From NCBI GenBank assembly GCA_004764695.1, contig SMSO01000031.1, positions 9,282,761 to 9,346,760 on the forward strand: 64,000 nt of DNA. The letters are read 5' to 3'. The position numbers and the translations under genes were made by a program. This stretch comes from Schizochytrium sp. TIO01 (lineage: Eukaryota > Protista > Bigyra: Labyrinthulomycetes). Below the pieces are notes generated by a model, which was given only the letters and a program-made list of their open reading frames with translations, did not search any database and was not told the origin of the DNA. Within the stretch, counting starts at the first letter, position 1. Each line of letters opens with the position of its first letter. Below are positions 23,101 to 35,236 of the stretch, in pieces.

Positions 23101-26100
23101 TTTTGCTTCCTGAAGATATGCCAGTAATGGGAAAAAAGGGGTCTGAAGCTGGTGCCGCTTACATCATGTATCGTGACGAGGCAAACCTAAAGTGGAGTCA
23201 AGCTGTAAAACTTCGTGGGTCTGACTCAACGCCTTATGATAACTTTGGATGGGCAGTCAGTTACGACAATTCTACCAATGCTGGTGGAGATCAGACAGGG
23301 AATAATTGCTGTTGGTGCCCCCCACGCAGAATATCGCGGAAATGCTGAAGTCCAGTCAATCACATGCAGCGCAGATAGCGGCCAGCTTGCTTTCCGTTTT
23401 CGATCCCATCTATCTGGCTACATTTCTTACAATGCTACCGCCCCAGAGCTAGAAGCGGCCCTGGAGGAAGCATCCTCCATCACAGATGTTAGCGTGACCT
23501 ACTTTTTAGGGACTACAGATAAGACAAGCGAGCTTGCTTCAGACAGTGGTCATGGACTATGTCAACCAAATACAACAGATACCGGGAGCCGTATCATTGC
23601 TCTTGTTACATTTATCTATCCAGACAATGGTGACTTGCCGATGATGGAAGCAATTACATACAACGTCAAAGTTGATACAATTCCAATACTTTTTGACTCA
23701 ACAGCAGCCGAAGGGCGCAATTACTACCATTACGGCGTGGTCACAATTGCAGAAACTGTCGAGGGTTCAATTCTTGGGAAGGAATCTGGTGAATCTGGAT
23801 ACATGACTGGAGCAACGTACATCTTTACTCCAGACAAGAACAATGGAGTAGAGTCTCCATTGAACTCGTGGACTCAAGATGCCAAAATCCTTAGCTCGGA
23901 TGGAATTGCAGGTGATGAGTTTGGCTATTCAGTGGGCGTTTATCAGCTTACTGTTGTGGTAGGAGCTCCACACCACGCATACGATGTCTCTGGAGCTAAT
24001 GAAATGGCCAGTGCTGGGGCAATTTATATTTTTAAGCAGCAAACAGGAGGTAATTGGCTACAAACTCAAAAGCTTGTGATACCAGATCGGGCGGTAAATG
24101 ACTTCTTTGGAAAGGCAGTACTTATTAAAGGTGATGTAATCTATGCTTCAGCTCCTGGGAAAAATAATGCGACAGGACGAGTGTATATTTTTAAGCGTCA
24201 AGCTGTTTCGAGGCCATTTGTCTTCGATCAAGCAATTACCCCAGCCGATTCTCTGCCTGGAGATAATTTTGGCAATTCGCTTGCTGCATATGACAATACC
24301 CTCGTTATAGGTGCCGAATATGCTGATGGTCTCGAGGATTTGTCAAATGACACAGTTTACGTTGCAGGAGCTGAACAGATGCAAGGCCGTTCTCAAAAGC
24401 CGCGTAATACCTATGGACTTATCGATTGTGGAGCTATATACTCATACACGCGGGCTTCAGTCCGCAATATCTATATAATGCAACAGAAGATTCTTCCTCG
24501 CACCCCTCGTTCTGGAGGGCGATTCGGACATGCTGTGAGTGTTGAACGAGATTTACTTCTTGGAACTGAGCAAGAAGAATATGTAGGGAAGTTCAACGCA
24601 AGAAGGTACATATTCTTAATTCGAACTTATATACCTCAAAATCTTCTTAACAACACAGATTCTACGCCAAAAATTGGCAACCTCTTTGCCCTCACGTGGA
24701 GGAAAGAAGTATCGTCAAAGCCACAACTTGAGGAAGATATTCGTATTACGAGATTTAGTGTCCCAAAGTATACAGGAGCGGGAATTGAAGAGACTGTATA
24801 TACTGATCAATTTGAAGATGTCCAGACCTCATGGCTGTCTTTCAACGCAAGCGCAGCCGATGTCCAATATAGTATTAACCACGAACTCGATGCTGGGGAT
24901 ATTGTCGTTTCTCGCAGCGACGCAGATGAGTATGGAGGCCATACATGGGTAGTCACATTTTTAGATGTGACTGCAAAGGGCGGCGCGGCGGGGTCGATAC
25001 CACTGCTAGGGGCAAAAAGTCAGCTCTCAGGAGGCGGAGAAATTGAGGTACTGATTGATCAAGAGCCTCTTCCATATATACATGGCGAAACTCATCTGTT
25101 TAAACGCAGCCCATCTACAACTGGTGAGTGGAAACAGCACGCTATACTAAGGCCAGAGGTTCAACAAGATGGAGATCTTTATGGTGAGTCGATCTCCATG
25201 CGGGGACGATACGCGGTAGTGGGAACCCCTAATAGAGATAAACTGGACCTCTCTGGGATCAATGGTGGAGCTGCATATGTATTTGATTTAGGCTTTGTAA
25301 ACACAGCGTTTGAATCAAGCAACTTCAATGTGTCAGAGGCAGTAGGTGGAACTTCACTCACCATAACCAGGTGCTCACCAACCTGTGTTGTAGGTCGCAA
25401 CCCACCTTCGGGGACGCTTCCATATGACTTCGCCCTTGACGAAAGGGTTGCTATACAATATCTCTTAGTTGACGGAACAGCTCGCTCTCGTGCAGACTGC
25501 CTTCTGGATTCAAATGCATCAAAACAATGCGTCTGGCTAAATTCAGATAAGCATGATTGGGATGCCTCAAAAATAGTTCCGGATACATATATTGATGTTC
25601 AATATACGGATCCACTCTTCTTTTCTCCTTCACGATTCTATTCTCCTGCCAACTTCTCCGATTCAACAACTTATTCACAGTCTGTTCTGGGCAATTCACA
25701 GTATCATAAGTATGATTTTCGTGCTCAGTCCGACTATGCTCCAACTGGAGGGCAAATGATCTTTGATCCTGATGAAAAGAGCAAAACTTTCGAGGTGGTG
25801 GTTACAAATGACGAGATAAATGAACAACCTGACGAGACTGTGAATCTGTTAATTTTTTCAGCTGGTATGCGACCAATACCTGGAGGAGACTATTGGTCTG
25901 TTCTTACGATTGAAGATGATGGTGATGGAGGTGTCGGGTCTCAAGATACCTTCGATAAGCACTTCGCTCCTGATCCTGCGTCAAAAGCTCGCTATGGAAC
26001 AGCAACCTCTGCTGATGGGCGTATTGCTGTTGTAACTGCACCTTTACAGCCGAAAGATGGCATGGTAGAGGTCGGCGCAGCTTATGTGTATCGTAAATCA

Positions 26101-29100
26101 GACAGTGGCATATGGGAGATAGAGCAGACCTTGGAGTCCCCCAATGCAACTACTTCGGGACGATTTGGGCTCTCTGTGCACACCTCTGATATGGATCCGC
26201 ACCGAATTATCGTGGGGGCACCAGGAGAAAGTCCTCCTGCGGTGTACATTTACATTCGTGTGGCCAGCACTCCAAGTCTCAAACCGACATCAGTTCCTGG
26301 TACTTGGGAACTTGAAGCGTATTTTGCTCTGGACCCCGAAATTATTTTCGATCTACGCTGTGATCCAGATAATAGTGGTACTCAATCACGATGTCGGAAC
26401 AGCCATAATCCAGCAAATCGGGACTCCTTTTATGCTGGCCCAAATGCCGTGGCGGTACATAGCAACTTCGCTGCAGTTGGAGCAAAAGGACTTGAGGCTG
26501 TCTTTCTTTATCGCTTCAGACGAAATTATGAGTGGTACTTCTTTCAAATGATTAAATCCTCAGATTACCAGGACACTATGTACCCGATGGGCTCAGAACA
26601 TCGCAAAATCTATGTTACACGCCCACACTTTGGAGCCAGCGTATCGCTGTATGATGACACACTACTTGTAGGCGCTCCACTTGGTGCTAATGAGCGGTAT
26701 GAGGACCCAAATAAGCTAACCGACCAAGACACGGGACTTACTTGCGCGGAAGCTGGTTTTTTAACGGCTGACAACAGTGCACCTACTCTATACAATTGGT
26801 CTATGAATTCGTACGGAAATGCGTACATGTGGAGTTCAGCAACATCTAATGAAACTGCGATATACGAGGAAAAGGTAAATGGAGGTCTGACACTTCAGTC
26901 GGTAGTAACTTGTGAGGAGACAGATGCATTTAAGTTGACTATCCGCAGCAACGGCATTCCAAACCATGAAATGGGTTTGTTTCCATTAACTTCCGACACG
27001 ATGTTTACAAATCAGTCTGACAATGCAAATTTTGTTGAGCCTCAAGGACACGTTATCTACCTCCCGCGTTTTCCAAACATCACAGTTGTAAACCCTAGAT
27101 CAGTTCTTGTAGATTCTACTGCACTCCCGGACGGTCCTATCGGTTTTGCACTAAATGGTGTTCCGTTTTTGAACCCATTTACGTCAGATGGCGATGATGC
27201 AACCAAGGCGAGCTCAGTCGGCTACAGTGGGAATTTTCCTGACTTGTGCAATGGTGCACCTGTATCTGGTAATATGTATGGCTACCGAACAAACCCAATT
27301 TGCCTTTATGACCAGCCAGTGGAAATCGAGTCTCCGCAAATGATCACTGGAAAATACTATCCATTTGGGTTTGATCCAGACAATATCACAAATCCAACTC
27401 CTGGAGAAAGATCTCCGAAGCTAGGCTACGCTTTGGATGGTTTTCCAATATATGGGCCGTTTGATGAAAACGGTGATCTCCCTAGTGATCTAGATGAGTG
27501 TAATGGTCGATATGACACCTCCCTCGGAAATTACATATACCATATAACCCCCTATAAAGCACCTTACATACTCGGGTGTTTCCGAGGCAAGATCAGCATT
27601 GAAGTTCCTTTTACAACGAATCCATTTCCTGAATTCAGCCCTGGGGCTAACAATGCACGCGATCTGTCTTTTTATGGCAAAGGAAAGGTGTTTGTTTTTC
27701 TTTTGCGAAAGCTGACCGAGTATGGAGTTGTTACTCCAGGCGAAGTGAACGGGATGGACTTATCCCCCAAAGCGAACCCGTATGACGGCCTGGAAGTGCA
27801 AGATGTCTGGCTTGAGCAAACTTCGCTTCTTTCTAATGACGGGGAGCAGGGAGATCGCTTCGGCACTGCCTTGGCTATTGATGTAGATCAAGTACTCGTT
27901 AGCGCTTTTCGTGATAGTGCGAAACCTCGTAGCACGTGGGATTTTGAGACCGGAGATCTGCGGGGTTGGACAAAAACTGGCGATGCATTTGACATGCAAC
28001 CTACCTTTGGGGACAATAGTGTTTACCGAAACGTGTATGGTGACTGGCTGGTTTCCAACTTCCGCGACTATGCTCGGAAAACCTATATTGGTAGCTCCAA
28101 TCGAGAAGGCACGAAAATTGACATTGCAGAGTATATCACAGGTGAAGATCGCACCGTACCATATGGTCCTGGAAGCACCCATGTGGACCATCCTATTCCG
28201 CAAACCTTGCCTGCACATGAGCTGCAAAGAATAATGTTTGGCTTTAAGCCAAATCGAGGAGAGTCTGCAAAGCTTCGGGGGAGGTTCTACATTGGAACCT
28301 TTGAAGCGCGGCCTGCGGTATACGAAGGTAATAGTTTCGAGCCTACGTACGAAGAAGGTCGGGTGCAAGGGGACGAACCCCAAGGAACTTTGACATCAGA
28401 CGTTTTTCAAATATATGGGACTAAAATAAGCTTCTTGATTGGAGGTGGGTGCAGCATTGACCATGAATACGTTGAGCTCATTGTAGATGGTGTGCCCGTC
28501 CGCCGAGAGACAGGACAATGCCGCGAGGAAATGCGCCGAGTTGTGTGGGATGTGTCAATGTATCGCTGGCAAAGCGCAGTAATTCGTTTAGTGGATGCAA
28601 GCTCAACAACTTGGGGTCACATAAATTTTGATGATGTGCGATTCAACTGGCATCCTTCTTATGAGTCGAAATCAACTACACCTTCTTCAGATGGCAGTAA
28701 TAATCGTTTTCCATCTGGAGGTGCAATGTTATACTCAGGGGAACCCCAAGCAGGAGCGGTTTATGCTTTTCGTAGGCGGTCATCTGTGCTTCCTGAGGAG
28801 CCTTGTGAGCGAGATTGTGACGCAACTGGGTGTTTCTACATAAATACTCCACCAAATCGTTCTTCTTGTGAATGGGAAGAGCAGCAAAAGCTCCAGCCTA
28901 GTGACCGTAGGGCGTATGAAGCCTTTGGATGGTCCTTGGATATTGATGACACAACTGGATTAGCACTGGTGGGAGCAGTGAACGGTCGTGTAGTAGATGC
29001 GCTTAATCGCGACGACCTTGGAGGCCGGGCACAAACTGGAGCAATCTATGTATTTCGAAGAAATCCAGAAGTTCGCACAGATATTGGAACCTTCATATCT

Positions 29101-29922
29101 AAACCGTACTGGATGCCGCAGGAGAATATGAAACTCCAGTATCCGGACCTTGCTGAATCTGAACGTGGCCAATTTGGCTATAGCGTCTCTCTCACTGGGT
29201 ATGATGCGATTGTTGGGGCTCCTGGTAAACCAGCTATTGGTCCTATTGGTTCAGACTATCCCGATCATAATTCTGCGAGCCTACGTGCCTATCCAAATGG
29301 GGGAGCCATGTATAGCATTGATGTAAGTGCTGTCAATGTGCGTTTTGAGCAAAAGGAATATAGTGTTCTCGAAAACCATCAAACGTTGGCTTCTATGCAA
29401 AACAGGGTAAAAATTCAAGTGCGCCGTTTTAGTGATCTTAATACTACCGTACAGGTAACATACTCAACTTCTGATATTACTGCGAATGGCGTTTCAGAGG
29501 CCCAAGCTGCATACTGTCAAACACTGTTGTATACAAAACGAGGGCAGAATTATTGCGGGGATTATGTTCAGCAGTCAGGAGTAATAACATTTGACCCAGA
29601 TGATGAAGTAGTGGAATTCGAGTTGCGAACGATCAATGATAATTGTAATGAAGGACACTCTGAGTATGTTCTACTCCAGTTGGGGATCCCAGGTGGTCCA
29701 GTTATATTGGGAGAACAATATGTTGCGCGCCTTCGCATTGATGATGATGACAACAGTGTTCAAGTCAACCGTTTGTTCTGTCCAGAAATGTCATATCCCA
29801 TTTCGCGCTACCACCCTTTCTATAGCGCATCAGAAGTGCCTGATTTGAAGGGTACCCCGGCGTCTCGGCATCCCATCGCTGAGACTGAGCACAGTAAATG
29901 GGTTTTGGAGCACGTCAAATAA
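20160..29922 (+). CDS. Giant secreted FG-GAP / Calx-beta / YHYH multidomain protein, interrupted by a +1 frameshift at ~23298-23301
   Basis: ORFs 20085-23348 and 23215-29922 join within one FG-GAP repeat (DNFGWAVSYDNSTNAGGDQTG|IIAVGAP). There is a signal-peptide-like segment after the ATG at 20160, many FGxSV...VVGAP repeats, two Calx-beta-like regions and a YHYH-type segment (GYALDGFPIYGP...DLDECNG...YIYH). Confidence 0.82.
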
Positions 29923-30221
29923 AGAAAAGCTCGTACATACCTTCGCATTAAAAGAAAAAGAAGAAGAAGAAGACAGTTTGGTATTCCCGCATTGAAATGT
30001 ATAGATTTAGAATAACATGCGCATACAGAAAGGTGGAAGGCGGGACTGAATATCAAGGAAAAAACAGTGTATTAGGTTTGATAATTGATTCATGATATTC
30101 GTTTGTGTTAATTCATTTGTCTAATAAAATTGAGATGAGTATCCCTGGCACTGTTGCGATGATTGTAGATTAGAATAAAAAGTAATTTGAGCAGATAGCC
30201 AAACCGACCCGGTCAAGAGAC

Positions 30222-32471
30222 TCACGACGATTTGCTTTTACTTTGAATTGCAAAAAGCTGATCATTGGCCTCCTTGACAGACTCTGCGTTCGCATCACCT
30301 TCTGAAAACCAGTCATACTCATCGTCTGTAATTGTCTCGTTATCTTCTCGATCTACATCTTGGTCATTGCTTGAAGTCCCACGTGTTTTTCTGGTTGGCG
30401 AACTTTCATTACTGGGCTCAATCTTAACTCCTACTAGACTGTCCCCTTCGTCATCCTCACTTGCCATACCGCTTTCGTCATCTTCATCGTCATCTTCATC
30501 GTCATCTTCTCCTTCTTCGTCGAGCTCATCAAGGTCTTCATCACCAATTCTCATATTCACAATCTGTTCATATTCATCAACAGAGGTTGCACGCAGCTCA
30601 AGAAGGGCCAGTCTACTGAGGCTATCAACAAGATCATCCGTATCCTCTTCGACGCGGTAGACATCAAAAGCAGCTAATAGACGCGCGTCCCGCCTCATAA
30701 TCAGGGGGCCTAACACCGCCGCTTCCTCAGGGTCAAGTTCACCGTGAGCAACGAGATAAAAAATCGTGTCGAGGATAAGTTTATCCAAATTTATCTCGTT
30801 GGGAGTTGCTGCAGATGCATTCGTATCAGCAGACTTAGAAGCCCAGCTTTGAACAGCTTCAGGGCCAGCAACAATCGAAATCTGCTTCAGAGTATCGATA
30901 AAGTCGTCGAGATCCATTGTAGCGGCATGCGCCTCGTGAGCAGCAAGAATCCTCTCATCTTGTTTGCTAACGAGTGAGCTCAGTACTTGAAACTGGAGCT
31001 CAGAAAATACACCATCCTGGTATAGTGAGCGTACGAAGTCCATGGTTTCACTAGCCTCTTTCCCTAAGGTAGAGTCCATTTGCTGAGGGTGTGCTTTGCT
31101 TTGGCTTCGAACCATGCATATCCTGTGAAGTGAGTCAATTGTATCTTCAAGATCGCCATCTGCAAGCAAAACATCGAACACTGCAAAAACACCAGGATCA
31201 TTGCGCTGCAATAGATCAACAAGGATGCGAACTTCCACACTATCAAATACTCCTTGGCGAAGCATCTTGGCTAGAAAAGCACCTTTATCAAAGTCAATAA
31301 GAATGGTAAGAAGCTGATCTGCAAGAATACGTTCGTTCTGGTGATCACAGTACACCTTCCAAGCCTGGGAGACACTAGAGTGGGTCTCACGGTACATGCG
31401 AATAAGAATTTTAGCTTCAGGTTGAGAAATATATCCATGCTGAAGCATCATTACGAGAACACGCTCGAGACCGTAAAAGCGTGCAATACGACGCAAGGTG
31501 TCAGCAAAGTCCTCTTCATCGCCTCGGTCCTCATAGACTTGAGAAGCAGCCTGGACAAGAGGGTTTCTCAGGTCCACTAAACGCTTGACTGTCAGTGTTT
31601 CGGTTGGAGTCAAAAGACCTCGCCGATGGAGAGCTACAATAACTTGATAAAGTAGCTGCTGGTCTTCTTCGTCCATATCTTCGTCCTCTAAGAGTTCATC
31701 CCCTTCTTCTTCATCATCGTTATCGTCGTCGTCATCATCATCGTCGTCATCATCATCGTCGTCGTCATCATCGTCGTCGTCATCCTCCTCGCCTTCATCA
31801 TATGAGGAATCTATACGCTCCGCGATATGTGCAATGTGATGAAGGGTATCTGTGAGGTCCTCCCAGTCTTTGTCTTCAGTGTACACATCGATAGCAGCGA
31901 TTACTCGATCATCGCCTTCGGAAGCAAGTCGACGGATGATATCAGCTTGGGCCTCTGAAAGCTCATTTTGATCCTCCATGTAGGTCACAGCCATCAAGAG
32001 GTTAGCTTGCTTGAACCATAACTCCTCTTCAGCGCTGTCTGATCGTGATTCATCAAATGGGTGAATTTCGGCACCGGCTTCGTTAGACTCGTCATCTGTA
32101 GCATCATCGTGGATCTCGTTCATTTCGAAGCTAGCATTCGATGCATTGGACGCCATAAAGCGAGTGGAACTACTCGGAGTGGGAGTTGATGAACGAGATT
32201 GAACACCAGATAATTTTGAGGCCAACATTGAGGATGACTTGTATAAAATGCGATAATGATCATGGTCAAGAAGGTCCGGGGCCTCGCAAATAGTTCTGAT
32301 TCCAAAGATTGATTCATCACGAGGGTCTTCGAGGCCAACAACACCTGTGCGTCCAGAAACTCTTTCGAGGATTGCTATGAGTTCTGATGGGGGAATTCCA
32401 GGAAACAGAAGAACTTCGAACCTTCGCCCGAGACCGTCTATTACGGCCACGCGGTAGGTGTCCACCTCCAT
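30222..32471 (-). CDS. Acidic protein with six copies of a helical repeat and poly-Asp tracts
   Basis: 749-aa ORF with a recurring D/N-xx-(V/I/L)-x-AA-xx-VY...D.(E/D)D..DTL..I module and long D/E runs. I do not recognise the family. Confidence 0.82.
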   Translation of the reverse strand: MEVDTYRVAVIDGLGRRFEVLLFPGIPPSELIAILERVSGRTGVVGLEDPRDESIFGIRTICEAPDLLDHDHYRILYKSSSMLASKLSGVQSRSSTPTPSSSTRFMASNASNASFEMNEIHDDATDDESNEAGAEIHPFDESRSDSAEEELWFKQANLLMAVTYMEDQNELSEAQADIIRRLASEGDDRVIAAIDVYTEDKDWEDLTDTLHHIAHIAERIDSSYDEGEEDDDDDDDDDDDDDDDDDDDDDNDDEEEGDELLEDEDMDEEDQQLLYQVIVALHRRGLLTPTETLTVKRLVDLRNPLVQAASQVYEDRGDEEDFADTLRRIARFYGLERVLVMMLQHGYISQPEAKILIRMYRETHSSVSQAWKVYCDHQNERILADQLLTILIDFDKGAFLAKMLRQGVFDSVEVRILVDLLQRNDPGVFAVFDVLLADGDLEDTIDSLHRICMVRSQSKAHPQQMDSTLGKEASETMDFVRSLYQDGVFSELQFQVLSSLVSKQDERILAAHEAHAATMDLDDFIDTLKQISIVAGPEAVQSWASKSADTNASAATPNEINLDKLILDTIFYLVAHGELDPEEAAVLGPLIMRRDARLLAAFDVYRVEEDTDDLVDSLSRLALLELRATSVDEYEQIVNMRIGDEDLDELDEEGEDDDEDDDEDDESGMASEDDEGDSLVGVKIEPSNESSPTRKTRGTSSNDQDVDREDNETITDDEYDWFSEGDANAESVKEANDQLFAIQSKSKSS
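31711..31783 (-). repeat. (GAY)n coding trinucleotide repeat (poly-Asp)
   Basis: TCA/TCG tandem units on the + strand inside the CDS. Confidence 0.85.
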
Positions 32472-34321
32472 GATAATCGACGTGGAACGAAATCAAAATA
32501 GAGAGAGCGAGAAAAACCGCGATAAGACCAAGCAGGAAACAAAGACTCTACCAAAACCAGGCCTTATGGAAAGAGTCAAAGGTATTTGAATAGGTATTAA
32601 GTTATCTCGAGAGGGTCCGGCAGTGTATGAAGCAGTTTGGACGTCGTTGGTTTTTGATCTCCTTTCTTCGCTTGCACTTCGAGGCTCTCTCTTCTCTTTG
32701 CTTTACTATAATCTCAGTATTAGTGCTGGTATCTGTCTCCCATAGTAGGTACTCTAATAGTTATTTAACAAGTTGGTACGTACTATTAGTATAGCTATCT
32801 GACTGTTTTTTTCTTTCCTTCAGCGAAGGCCTTCAGAAAGAAATCTTTGATATTAGTAGTTACCTATGCAGTGGATAATATTTTAAATTAAGAGAAATTA
32901 TCAAACTTGAATATTTATGAAGAATCACTTTAAAAAATTAAAAAAAATCTTTACTAAGCATGTAGGTAGGTAGGTAGGTACCTACTGTACTGATTGTGCA
33001 TAATAGATACTATGTATCCACCTACCTATCAATCCTTTTTTACTTGGGTAGATATTCAAATAATCGTAATATTACAAGTAGGCAGGTAGGAGTGCAATAG
33101 AAAATGCCCCTAAGTATCCCGGTTAAATGCATAGATTTGTGTTGATTTCTATATGTTAGTAAGTCCTATAGAGGCGCTAACACAAGTAAAAGAGATTGAT
33201 TACTAGTACAAGATTTTCTTTTTTGCAGTATTGGATGGTGGCTACGTACTATTTTCTAGATCTATCTTCACCAGTGTTTAACGCTTGTCTCTGCTTGAGT
33301 TTTGCTTTAACATCAATTCGCATATACGGAAACTAGTGACGAAGTTTCTGCCATCCCAAACCATTCTTTGAGTTATTGTTCTTATCTGAACAAAAGCAAG
33401 TAATGGAAGATGGTGTGCAACATAATTGCGAGTTTAAACACTATTTCCAATAAATTATCATACGTACCTTGAAAATATATAGCAGTATAGAAGGGTCACT
33501 GAACAGCCCAAAGCTGGATAATCAAAATTGATAGGGGTGTCACAAATCAACTTATTTGTACAGAAGAGGGGTTCATTCTTAGGTGCCGAGTACCGAAATC
33601 ATTTCTCCTGATTGATGTGGACATTCTTTACGAAAGGGTTCAAGCTAGAAAGTCAAGTCAAAGAGTTTGGTGAACAGAAATACTTGAAGCGTAAGTGCGC
33701 AGGAGTACAATGTATCGTAATGTGCGTACTTATGGCTACATTGTCTTGGTTCAGTTTTAGTGATTATTTCTTGGTAAAACCTTAAGACCGAGTTTGCCGA
33801 CATTTTAAACAACGAAGCAAAGAAAGGGGAGGTTAACAACGACGCAAGTGCCATAAAACAAGACACCGAAAAAGATGTCATAGTATATTGATTGAAATCG
33901 AAGTGAAGAACACGTCTCCAAAATGGAATTTAACCTTCACAAGTAAGATTTGAAGGAATCTCCTTGATGCATACAGATGGGATTAAAAAAGACTTTAGTC
34001 ATTTCTGGGTTCTTCTATAATTTAACCATAGAACGAAAATCATCAAGATGTAGAGCTGTTGTACATCTAGTGAATTGGACAATAACTTGATAAAATTGTG
34101 TGATGCGTGAGTTTAATGCTAGGGTTTAAAAGAAAGGTAGCCGACAACAAAATATGTGATCAAGCCTATTAGCTAGAATTCAAGTTCGAGCTTGCTGATC
34201 TACAATACGCTTGGCTTTCTTTTTGAAATCTAGAGCAATGTTGAAAAACAGTGTACATCCCCCAGAGGGCAATGGATAGGACTAGTGAGACGTTGAACAT
34301 ACGTCGGATTTGTACCTCTTC

Positions 34322-35236
34322 TTAACTGTCTTGACCGGGCCAAACAAAGATGTTGAGGGCAAAGGAAGAGGCCATCCAGCGCTGGAAGATCTTGTTGCCA
34401 GGGCGGAAGTTAACGGAAGCAGCGTTAACAAAAAGAGGCAGCAAGTGCTCCTCGCGAGGGTGGGCAGTGCGCGCATCGGGAGCCTTGGACTCCCACTTAA
34501 GGACAGCCTGTTCGGCTTCAGCAGGGGTACGCTCTGGGTTGGCAAAATTGTCATCAAGCCAGTCCTGAAAGTTCTGAGCCCAGGTTGTAGTGGTAAATTC
34601 ATCGCCAGTGGCACGCGCAGTGTACATGTTATGAGTAGCCATACCAGAGCCAATGATAAGGAAGCCCTCGGAACGAAGCTTGCCAAGTGCCTTGCCGAGT
34701 TGAATGTGGGAAGCAGGACTCATTGAGCTACCGAGGGACACCTGGATGACCGGAACATCAGCTTGGGGGCGTACAAGAAGCAAAGGAATGTAGACACCAT
34801 GATCAAACTGCGTGCGGTCCTCACTGGGGCGAGCATTCACGCCACCTTCAAGAAGTGCCTCAAGAACACGCTCACGTTTGTCCACATCGAGAGGAGCGTT
34901 GTAGGTGTACTTGTAAGACTCAGGGGGAAAACCATAGTAATCGAAGAGAAGAGGTTCTTTGGCAGATTTACGGTAGAGAACTTCGAATTGGTCACCCTTA
35001 CCCTTCTTACCCTTTGCCTCAGCTTCCCAGTGAGCAGAGACAACAATAATGGCCTCAGGCTCCTCGTAGTCACCATTTTTGCCGTAGAGCGTATCCCAGA
35101 GCTTCTTGATCTCCTTCACGGCGGTGGAGTGAATGTCACCTGCGGCAAAAGGTCCACTGCCGTGGGTGTCAAGAAGGAACATGGGACCACCACCATGTCC
35201 GATGAAAACAGAGGGTTGTTCTGCGATTTTCGCCAT
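34322..35236 (-). CDS. LigB-family extradiol ring-cleavage dioxygenase (DODA/YgiD-like)
   Basis: Motifs GHGGGP, VVSAHWE, DYYGFPPESY, FDHGVYIPL, GSGMATHN and AHPREEHLLPL. The likely start is the ATG at 35236 in a GCCATGG context, rather than 35314. Codon usage is strongly C/G-ending. Confidence 0.9.
   Translation of the reverse strand: MAKIAEQPSVFIGHGGGPMFLLDTHGSGPFAAGDIHSTAVKEIKKLWDTLYGKNGDYEEPEAIIVVSAHWEAEAKGKKGKGDQFEVLYRKSAKEPLLFDYYGFPPESYKYTYNAPLDVDKRERVLEALLEGGVNARPSEDRTQFDHGVYIPLLLVRPQADVPVIQVSLGSSMSPASHIQLGKALGKLRSEGFLIIGSGMATHNMYTARATGDEFTTTTWAQNFQDWLDDNFANPERTPAEAEQAVLKWESKAPDARTAHPREEHLLPLFVNAASVNFRPGNKIFQRWMASSFALNIFVWPGQDS

Noticed and set aside
33480-34250. Possible further decayed LRR-like sequence (IKEIPSNL); similar hints at 1400-2200 and 13400-13700
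   Set aside because: Only isolated short peptides, and I could not align them to copies A-C.
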